A DNA stretch of 64,000 bases, taken from positions 32,001 to 96,000 of the forward strand of contig CAVZIW010000006.1 in assembly GCA_963775465.1 (NCBI GenBank). The letters run 5' to 3'. Source of the DNA: Candidatus Bathyarchaeota archaeon (lineage in GTDB: Archaea > Thermoproteota > Bathyarchaeia > Bathyarchaeales > Bathycorpusculaceae). The notes beneath the pieces were generated by a model. It did not search any database and had not been told where the DNA came from. It was given only the letters and a program-made list of their open reading frames with translations. Each line of letters starts with the position of its first letter. Within the stretch, counting starts at the first letter, position 1. Below, piece after piece: positions 50,520 to 58,985 of this stretch. The translations under genes and the position numbers were made by a program.

Positions 50520-50664
50520 GTGTTTGTGCTCTTAGAAAAGTTAGATGAATCTTTGAAATCTTTTTCGAGTTGGACCAACCCAGCATCGGAGGAAATAGAA
50601 GATTTGAGAAACATCAGGCTAACCCAATCACATTTAATGTAAAGTTTATGGGAGAACTGAAAAC

Positions 50665-53600
50665 TTGACCACCACACAAAAAATCCAAAAAGACGATGTT
50701 CATAATCTTTTAAAAACTTTCTTTATTGAAAAGGGTCTAGTGCGTCAGCATCTAGACAGCTATAACGAATTCATCGATCATGGACTTCAAGAAGTGGTTG
50801 ATGAAGTAGCTGAAATTCCAATCGAGGTTCCCGAATCCCCCTATAAAGTTAAACTAGGTCAAATTTGGGTAATTGATCCCCAATCACGTATTACTGGTCC
50901 ATACGCAACTGAAGTGGATGGAACAAAACATGAAATTTATCCTATGGAAGCACGTTTAAGAAATTTGGCTTACGCTGCACCTATTGCATTAGAAATGACG
51001 CCAGTTATTGACGGCAGAGAACAGGACACCGAGCTTGTCTATATCGGCAACATTCCTGTTATGTTGAAAAGCAAACTTTGTTTCCTCTCTCAGCTTAGCC
51101 GTGAAGAACTTATTGCTGCAGGAGAAGATCCAGATGATCCAGGAGGATATTTTGTTGTTAACGGTTCTGAACGTGTTATCGTTGCAATGGAAGACTTGGC
51201 GCCAAACCGAGTAATCGTTGATATTGACGAAAAGGGAACTTCACCAGTTTATCAAGCAAAGATCTTTTCAACTACAGTTGGCTTCCGAGCTAGAATTGAA
51301 CTTAAACTCAAATCAGACGACGCAATTTACGTTACAATGCCCGGCGTTCCCACAGAGATTCCTTTTGTGGTTATAATGCGCGCTTTGACTTTGGAAAAAG
51401 ACAAAGACATAGCTGAAGCAGTTTCTCTGGATAACGATGTCCAAACCCAACTTGGAGCCTCATTTGAAAAAGCAATCGGTGTTGACACACCAAGCGATGC
51501 TATTCTCTTTATCGGTAACCGTGTTGCTCATGGTCAAGTAGAAGAATACCGTCTTCAAAAAGCAGAAACTGCTTTAGACAAAAACTTCCTTCCTCATTTG
51601 GGCAGAAGTGACAAAAACCGAAGAGACAAAGCCATATTCCTCGGTGAAATGGCCTATCGTGTTATTCAACTGAAAATGGGTAAACGTCAACCAGACGACA
51701 AAGACCACTTTAAAAACAAACGTCTACGCCTTGGTGGTCCTCTGTTAGCTGATCTTTTCCGTGTCTCCTTCCGCAACTTAACACGCGACATAAAGTATCA
51801 GCTTGAACGTATAGGTGTTAAAGGACCAATCATTACTGTCTCAGCCGCGGTTCGTCCAGGAATCATTACCGAAAGATTCCAGCATGCTTTGGCAACTGGA
51901 AACTGGGGAAGAGGACGAGTAGGAATTACCCAACTTCTCGACCGAACAAACTATATCTCAACACTTAGTCATCTCAGAAGACTCCAATCACCCTTGAGTA
52001 GAAGCCAACCTAACTTCGAAGCTCGAGACTTGCACCCAACCCATTGGGGACGACTATGTCCAAACGAAACTCCCGAAGGATCAAATTGTGGTCTTGTAAA
52101 GAACCTCGCATTGTCAGCTTCCATCGCTGTTGGAATAAACCCTGACAGAATTCGGCAATTGCTTTTTGAAATGGGCGCTGTTCCAGCCTATGAGGCAACT
52201 GTCGAGATGCGCATTTCAGGAGCCAAGGTATTCGTTGACGGAAACATAATCGGCTACTGCAGTAACCCTGATGAAATGGTAAAATCTTTCCGACAAAAAC
52301 GTCGATCAGGAGAAATTTCAACTGAAGTTAACGTAACATACTTCTCTAAACAACAAACCGAAACAGAAGAGGTCCATGCAAACTGCGACGAAGGCAGAGT
52401 TAGGCGTCCACTCATTATTGTTGAAAATGGGGTACCTAAACTTCAATCTAAACATTTTGAGAAAATCGGTTTAGGCGAATGGACCTGGGAAGACCTCGTT
52501 AAGAACGGTTTGGTTGAATACTTGGATGCTGAAGAGGAAGAAAACGCTTACATTGCCTTATCTTACGAATCAATCGGTCCTGATACTACACATTCAGAAA
52601 TTGCAACTTACACTATACTTGGAATATGCGCATCTACAATTCCCTATCCAGAGCACAATCAGTCACCTCGAAATTCATATCAGGCTGCGATGGCAAAACA
52701 GGCATTGGGCGTTTACGGTACAAACTTCCATAACCGTACTGACTCACGTTCGCATATTCTTCATTATCCTCAAGTCCCGCTTGTTCAAACAGAAAACATG
52801 GATGTTATGGGCTATAAGCAGCGTCCCACCGGACAAAACTGCGTTGTTGCGGTGCTAAGTTACGAAGGCTACAACATGGAGGACGCTATCATATTCAACA
52901 AAGCATCTATCGAACGAGGGTTAGCAAGATCCACTTTCTATCGTATCTATGAAGCAGAATGCCGACAATACCTAGGCGGATTAAAAGACAAATTCACTGT
53001 TCCCGAAGCAGGAACTCGTGGATATCGAGGAGAACAATATTACCGTTTACTTGAACCAGACGGAATCATCAGCTTGGAATCGCAAGTAGTCGGAGGAGAT
53101 GTATTAATTGGAAGAATCAGCCCTCCCAGATTCCTTGAAGAATACAAAGAATTTGAAGTCAAAGGACCCTCAATGCGTGATACATCCATCGACATGCGGC
53201 CAAGCGAAACAGGAACAGTTGACGGGATATTTGTAACCGCATCAGGCGAAGGAAGTCAACTTGTCAAAGTTCGCGTTCGAGATCAAAGAGTTCCCGAACT
53301 TGGCGATAAATTTGCTAGCCGTCACGGACAGAAAGGTGTCATTGGCCTAATTGTTCCGCAAGAAGATTTGCCATTTACAGAAGACGGAATCGTTCCGGAC
53401 TTAATAATCAACCCACATGCAATCCCTTCAAGAATGACCATTGGACAGTTCATTGAATCATTAGCAGGTAAAGCTGCAGCTGCCAGAGGTAAGCCAGGTG
53501 ATGGCACACCTTTTTCAAACGAAGGACCAGACGAAGTACGCAAAAACCTTGTGAAGCTAGGTTTTAGCCATACAGGAAGCGAAGTTTTCTATAGCGGCAC

Positions 53601-54039
53601 TACTGGCGAAAAATTTGTAGCAGACATTTTCGTTGGATTAGTTTACTATCAAAAACTTCATCATATGGTTGCTGACAAAATCCATGCTCGAGCAAGAGGA
53701 CAAGTCCAAATGCTAACGCGTCAACCTACTGAAGGTCGTGCAAGAGGTGGTGGTCTGAGGTTCGGGGAAATGGAGCGAGACTGCCTCATCGGACACGGAG
53801 CAGCCATGCTTCTTCGGGACAGACTTTTAGAAGAATCAGACAAGTACACTCTTTACATTTGTGAGAACTGCGGACAAATTGCTTTCTTTGACATGAAGCA
53901 AAGGCGTTATGTCTGTAAGATATGCGATGAGAAAGCTAAGATTTCCCCAGTTATTGTGTCATACGCTTTCAAGCTTTTGCTGCAAGAGCTTCAGAGCTTG
54001 TGTATTACACCCAAATTAAGACTTAAGGAGAAGGCATAA
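50665..54039 (+). CDS. rpoB: DNA-directed RNA polymerase subunit B (Rpo2, unsplit)
   Basis: GDKFASRHGQKG, GGLRFGEMERD, C-terminal zinc finger. Confidence 0.98.
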   Translation: MTTTQKIQKDDVHNLLKTFFIEKGLVRQHLDSYNEFIDHGLQEVVDEVAEIPIEVPESPYKVKLGQIWVIDPQSRITGPYATEVDGTKHEIYPMEARLRNLAYAAPIALEMTPVIDGREQDTELVYIGNIPVMLKSKLCFLSQLSREELIAAGEDPDDPGGYFVVNGSERVIVAMEDLAPNRVIVDIDEKGTSPVYQAKIFSTTVGFRARIELKLKSDDAIYVTMPGVPTEIPFVVIMRALTLEKDKDIAEAVSLDNDVQTQLGASFEKAIGVDTPSDAILFIGNRVAHGQVEEYRLQKAETALDKNFLPHLGRSDKNRRDKAIFLGEMAYRVIQLKMGKRQPDDKDHFKNKRLRLGGPLLADLFRVSFRNLTRDIKYQLERIGVKGPIITVSAAVRPGIITERFQHALATGNWGRGRVGITQLLDRTNYISTLSHLRRLQSPLSRSQPNFEARDLHPTHWGRLCPNETPEGSNCGLVKNLALSASIAVGINPDRIRQLLFEMGAVPAYEATVEMRISGAKVFVDGNIIGYCSNPDEMVKSFRQKRRSGEISTEVNVTYFSKQQTETEEVHANCDEGRVRRPLIIVENGVPKLQSKHFEKIGLGEWTWEDLVKNGLVEYLDAEEEENAYIALSYESIGPDTTHSEIATYTILGICASTIPYPEHNQSPRNSYQAAMAKQALGVYGTNFHNRTDSRSHILHYPQVPLVQTENMDVMGYKQRPTGQNCVVAVLSYEGYNMEDAIIFNKASIERGLARSTFYRIYEAECRQYLGGLKDKFTVPEAGTRGYRGEQYYRLLEPDGIISLESQVVGGDVLIGRISPPRFLEEYKEFEVKGPSMRDTSIDMRPSETGTVDGIFVTASGEGSQLVKVRVRDQRVPELGDKFASRHGQKGVIGLIVPQEDLPFTEDGIVPDLIINPHAIPSRMTIGQFIESLAGKAAAARGKPGDGTPFSNEGPDEVRKNLVKLGFSHTGSEVFYSGTTGEKFVADIFVGLVYYQKLHHMVADKIHARARGQVQMLTRQPTEGRARGGGLRFGEMERDCLIGHGAAMLLRDRLLEESDKYTLYICENCGQIAFFDMKQRRYVCKICDEKAKISPVIVSYAFKLLLQELQSLCITPKLRLKEKA

Positions 54040-57000
54040 TGTCACAACAGGAAGAATTAATCCACAAAGTAGTAGATGAAATCTCATTCGGCTTAATTTC
54101 ACCCAAAGATCTGCGAAAACAATCCGTAGTTGAAATTCAAACGCCAGACACATATGACGAAGACGGTGCACCAATAACCTCAGGGCTTATGGACGGTAGA
54201 CTTGGCACCTTAGAACCGAGGCAACGCTGCAAAACTTGTGGCAACACTGCTATTCGCTGCCCGGGACACTTTGGACATATAGAATTAGCTGTACCAATTG
54301 TACATATTGAATTTACCAAAATTATTTTTGACCTCTTAAAAGCTACGTGCCGTACTTGTGGACGTATTCTTTTATCCGAAGATGCATCAAAAAAAGCCCG
54401 CCAAAGAATAGAACGATTTGACGAGCTTTTAGGAACTATACCTGATGAAGTTTACAAGGAAATAATGGCGGAAATTAAAGCTAAACAATGTCCTTACTGC
54501 GCCGCAGCACAATTCAAAATAACTTTTGAGAAACCAACAAAATTTATTGAACAAACAGAAGCAGGTTCTGAACCTCTAACACCGAGCATGATTCGAGAAA
54601 GATTGGAGCGTATTTCGGATGAAGACCTTGAAGTTTTAGGGTTTAACCCAAAGGTTGCTCGTCCAGAATGGATGGTCCTACAGGTTTTACCCGTGCCACC
54701 AGTGTATGTGCGCCCCTCGATCACGCTCGAATCAGGCATACGTTCTGAAGACGACTTAACTCATAAACTAGTTGATATTATTCGAATTAATCAACGTCTT
54801 AAAGAAAACATGGAAGCTGGTGCTCCAACTCTAATCATACAGGATCTTTCCGAGCTTTTGCAGTATCACGTTACTACATATTTTAATAACGAGGCCTCAG
54901 GCATTCCGCCAGCAAGGCATCGTAGTGGCAGAGCGCTAAAAACTATCTCTCAGCGTCTTAAGGGTAAAGAGGGTCGTTTCAGAAGTAACCTTTCAGGTAA
55001 ACGTGTCGACTTTTCCGCTCGAACCGTTATTTCGCCGGATCCAAACCTTGACATAAATGAGGTTGGTGTTCCCCAAGATGTTGCCATGCGTCTTTCTGTT
55101 CCAGAAAAAGTTACGGCTTGGAACCTTGAGGAAATGAAGAGACTTGTCGTTAACGGTCCAGAAACTTATCCGGGTGCACTCTACATTATACGTCCTGATG
55201 GTAAACGTATCCGTCTCGAATTCGTTGTTGACCGAACCAAAATCGCAGAAGCCGTTGAATTAGGATTCGTAATTGAACGTCATCTAAAGAATGGCGATAT
55301 CGCAATCTTTAATCGACAGCCTTCGCTTCACCGCATGTCCATAATGGCTCATTACGTTCGAGTTTTACCCTACAAGACTTTCAGGATGCACCTTTGTGTA
55401 TGTCCTCCATACAACGCAGACTTTGACGGTGACGAAATGAACCTTCACGTTCCACAGAGCGAAGAAGCCCGAACTGAATCTTTGCTTCTTATGCAGGTTC
55501 AAGATCAAATTCTCTCGCCAAGATTTGGCGGCCCCATCATAGGCGCAATAAGAGACTTTATCACAAGTGCGTACTACTTTACTCGAACAGGAAGTTACCT
55601 AACCAGAGGCCAAGTAAATAGAATACTGACTACAACCAACTACGTTGGTGATCTTCCAGCTCCAGAAATTAAGACCCCCCAACCGATGTGGTCGGGTAAA
55701 CAAATTTTCAGTCTCTTCTTACCTAAGACGCTTAACTATGTCTTGAAAGCCAACATCTGCCAGGGTTGCAACAAATGTGAAGAAGAAGAATGCAAACACG
55801 ATGCATATGTCGTTGTCAGAAATGGTCAGTTAGTTTCAGGCATTATCGATAGACGTTCAATCGGCTCAGAGCAATCTGAAAGTTTGCTTCATAGGATCAT
55901 AAAAGACTACGGTACCAAAGCTGGACGGGAATTCTTAAACAATATTACACATATGCTGAAATGCTTCATTTCTATGAGGGGATTCAGCTATACCTATGAC
56001 CAACTAGTTCTCTCACCTAGAGCTCGCAATCGCATGGCAAAAACTATGGATCGCATTCAAAAGAAAATCGATGAGCACATTCAGAACTTTAACAATGGAA
56101 CGCTTCCACGACTTCCTGGGCAGACTATTGAAGAATCCTTCGAAATCTATGTTATGCATGAACTTGCAACAGCCCGAGACGAATCTGGCAAAATAGCAGA
56201 CGATGACTTCACACTGGAGAACGCAGGTATCGTCATGACTCGAACTGGTGCAAGAGGTTCAAGCCTTAACATCGGTCAGATGGCGGCTTGTGTTGGTCAA
56301 CAATCAGTCCGAGGCAAACGTGTTCTTAGAGGCTATACAGGACGTGCTCTTCCCCACTTCATACCAAACGACCCTCGGCCAAGAGCAAGGGGTTTTGTTT
56401 ATAACTCTTATCAAACAGGTTTAGATGCGATAGAATTCTTTTTCCACGCTATGGGAGGTAGAGAAGGTCTAGTCGACACTGCAGTTCGTACCCAACAAAG
56501 TGGTTACATGCAGCGCAGGCTGATCAACGCCTTGGAACACATTCGCTTAGAATACGACAGTACAGTGCGTGATTCTGCAGGTGACATAATCCAGTTCAGA
56601 TATGGTGAAGATGGTGTTGACCCAGCAAAAAGTGATCACGGCAAAGCAGTAAACGTTAAGCGACTTATTAATCAAATAAAGATCGGCGAAGAAAAAGGAG
56701 AAGTTGCATCCGCAGACCACATAAAGAAACAGCTCAAAAGTGTTGAAAACCAGATTACCCCAATCTTGCTGGATCAACTTAAACAGAACTTTGCAAAGAA
56801 CAAACTTACTGCCAAAGGAGTAAATAGAGCTACAAGCCAAACAGCCGAACAATACAAACGTGCCCTAATGGAGCCAGGTGAAGCAGTTGGCATCGTTGCC
56901 GCCCAATCTATCGGCGAACCAGGCACTCAGATGACTCTTAGAACTTTCCACTATGCAGGTGTCAAAGAACAAAACGTCACCTTAGGTTTACCTCGCCTAA

Positions 57001-57872
57001 TAGAAATCGTCGACGCCCGAAGAATACCCTCCACTCCAATCATGACAATCTACTTGAATGGCAAATTCGCTAAAAGCAAGGAAGGCGCCGTTGAAGTTGC
57101 TAGAAACATTATCTACACCAGCGTTGAGAACTTGGCTTCAGCAATCTACGAAGACCCAGTTCGCGAAGAAATCATTGTTGAACTAAACAAACAGATGATG
57201 GATGATCGCAATATAACTATGGAAGAACTCAAAGAACGCTTAGAGCTTCAAAACGCCACTGTAACCGTCACAGATACTACTGTTGAAATCAAACCTAAGA
57301 AAGCTGAACAAATAAAACGTATGTTAACCAAAATTCCAGGTTACCAAGTCAAAGGTGTCCCAGACATCAAACGTGTCCTTGTCACCGAAGAAAGCGGTGA
57401 ATGGGTTATTCGTACCGATGGCTCTAACTTGAGCAAAGTCTTAGAAGTTAACGGTGTTGACACATCACGCACAACCACTAACAACATTCACGAAATCGCA
57501 AAAACCCTCGGTGTTGAGGCATCCCGAAACTCATTGGTCAACGAAGCAAAGGGTGTGCTGGAAGATCAAGGTCTAGACGTCGATGTACGACACGTAATGC
57601 TTGTAGCAGACATGATGACTACGACAGGTGACGTTCAACAAATCGGCAGACACGGCATCAGCGGCAAAAAAGCTAGTGTGCTTGCGCGCGCCGCATTCGA
57701 AATCACTGTTCCAAACATCGTTGAAGCAGCGGTGAAAGGAGAAAGCGATCCTTTGGCTGGAGTCACAGAAAACGTTATAGTTGGGCAATCCATACCAATC
57801 GGGACAGGCTTAGTTGAATTGTACATGTCAACTTTCGAACGTCAAGATAAAAAAGGAGGAAAAACTGAATGA
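54039..57872 (+). CDS. rpoA: DNA-directed RNA polymerase subunit A, fused A'+A'' (Rpo1)
   Basis: NADFDGDEMN and A''-type AAQSIGEPGTQMTLRTFH in one ORF. Confidence 0.97.
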   Translation: MSQQEELIHKVVDEISFGLISPKDLRKQSVVEIQTPDTYDEDGAPITSGLMDGRLGTLEPRQRCKTCGNTAIRCPGHFGHIELAVPIVHIEFTKIIFDLLKATCRTCGRILLSEDASKKARQRIERFDELLGTIPDEVYKEIMAEIKAKQCPYCAAAQFKITFEKPTKFIEQTEAGSEPLTPSMIRERLERISDEDLEVLGFNPKVARPEWMVLQVLPVPPVYVRPSITLESGIRSEDDLTHKLVDIIRINQRLKENMEAGAPTLIIQDLSELLQYHVTTYFNNEASGIPPARHRSGRALKTISQRLKGKEGRFRSNLSGKRVDFSARTVISPDPNLDINEVGVPQDVAMRLSVPEKVTAWNLEEMKRLVVNGPETYPGALYIIRPDGKRIRLEFVVDRTKIAEAVELGFVIERHLKNGDIAIFNRQPSLHRMSIMAHYVRVLPYKTFRMHLCVCPPYNADFDGDEMNLHVPQSEEARTESLLLMQVQDQILSPRFGGPIIGAIRDFITSAYYFTRTGSYLTRGQVNRILTTTNYVGDLPAPEIKTPQPMWSGKQIFSLFLPKTLNYVLKANICQGCNKCEEEECKHDAYVVVRNGQLVSGIIDRRSIGSEQSESLLHRIIKDYGTKAGREFLNNITHMLKCFISMRGFSYTYDQLVLSPRARNRMAKTMDRIQKKIDEHIQNFNNGTLPRLPGQTIEESFEIYVMHELATARDESGKIADDDFTLENAGIVMTRTGARGSSLNIGQMAACVGQQSVRGKRVLRGYTGRALPHFIPNDPRPRARGFVYNSYQTGLDAIEFFFHAMGGREGLVDTAVRTQQSGYMQRRLINALEHIRLEYDSTVRDSAGDIIQFRYGEDGVDPAKSDHGKAVNVKRLINQIKIGEEKGEVASADHIKKQLKSVENQITPILLDQLKQNFAKNKLTAKGVNRATSQTAEQYKRALMEPGEAVGIVAAQSIGEPGTQMTLRTFHYAGVKEQNVTLGLPRLIEIVDARRIPSTPIMTIYLNGKFAKSKEGAVEVARNIIYTSVENLASAIYEDPVREEIIVELNKQMMDDRNITMEELKERLELQNATVTVTDTTVEIKPKKAEQIKRMLTKIPGYQVKGVPDIKRVLVTEESGEWVIRTDGSNLSKVLEVNGVDTSRTTTNNIHEIAKTLGVEASRNSLVNEAKGVLEDQGLDVDVRHVMLVADMMTTTGDVQQIGRHGISGKKASVLARAAFEITVPNIVEAAVKGESDPLAGVTENVIVGQSIPIGTGLVELYMSTFERQDKKGGKTE

Positions 57873-58171
57873 TAGACATAGATAAAGCATTAGCGTCAGC
57901 AGTGAAAACAGGCAAGGTATCCTTTGGATCTAATGTTGCATTGCAGAACGCCAAAACAGGCAAAGCTAAAATGATTGTTTTAGCGACAAACTGTCCTAAG
58001 GACATTAAAGAACAAATTGAATATTTTGGAGGACTCTCCAGTGTTCCTGTGATTACATACAAAGGTAGTTCAATGGATCTGGCTGAAGTATGCAGCAAAC
58101 TCTTCATTATATCAGCCCTCAGTATACGGGAAACAGGGGACTCAGAAATTCTTAAAGTAATTGAACAATAA
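57869..58171 (+). CDS. rpl30e: 50S ribosomal protein L30e
   Basis: AVKTGKVSFG...NCP...GDSEIL; position in rpo operon. Confidence 0.95.
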   Translation: MIDIDKALASAVKTGKVSFGSNVALQNAKTGKAKMIVLATNCPKDIKEQIEYFGGLSSVPVITYKGSSMDLAEVCSKLFIISALSIRETGDSEILKVIEQ

Positions 58172-58194
58172 AAATAGGAAATGGAGGAAAAAAA

Positions 58195-58632
58195 CTGACA
58201 ACTGGCATAAAAATTACCTGCGACGAAATGCGGTACATCGCACTATTTGAGAGTATAAGCGGCGCCAGCGTGAAAGACTGTATAATCGATGAAGTAGAGC
58301 AACGTGCAATCTTCATCGTCAACCAAGGCCAAGTAGGCGTAGCAATAGGCAAAGGCGGCAGAAACATCCATACACTTGAACGAATGACCGGTAAAAAACA
58401 CGAAATCATTGAGTACAGCGAAGACCCCGTAACATTCATGAAGAATGCTCTCAAACCTGCAACGGTACGCGAAATTCGAGTCACAGAACGCACTGATGGC
58501 AAAAAGATGGCTGTAATAACCGTTAACCCCAAAGACAAAGGTGTCGCAATAGGTAAGAACGGCAAGAACGCCGAACGTTTGCGCTTTTTGGCAAAACGAT
58601 ACTTTGACATTCAGAACGTAAGCATCACCTAA
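58195..58632 (+). CDS. nusA: Archaeal NusA (probable CTG start at 58195)
   Basis: Two KH motifs AIGKGG and AIGKNG; in-frame TTGIKITCDE upstream of ATG 58228. Confidence 0.93.
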   Translation: MTTGIKITCDEMRYIALFESISGASVKDCIIDEVEQRAIFIVNQGQVGVAIGKGGRNIHTLERMTGKKHEIIEYSEDPVTFMKNALKPATVREIRVTERTDGKKMAVITVNPKDKGVAIGKNGKNAERLRFLAKRYFDIQNVSIT

Positions 58633-58985
58633 TTTCAGTCCGCAGAAATACGGCTGATTAGGCGATGGAAACGTCGTTGGAACCGTTTTGTATAAGGATT
58701 TTCAATGGCAAGTAGGTTTTTGGGGTTATTTTCAAATGAATTTAGTTGATAAACATTATTCGATATGGCTCTAATTTCTTTTCATAAAAAGAAACATGGG
58801 AAGATTCACCTTGTTTTTAGCTTATTTTGGTAATTGCGCAATGATTTAATTTTGAATTGCTAATTATTTTTTATGATTTTATTTTTTGTGTATTCTGCAA
58901 AATTATTTATACGTAGAGTTAGAAGAGTAAAGTTTCGATTGAGCTTTGTTTTTGCTCGATTGAGAAATTAAATGAGGAAAAAAAA

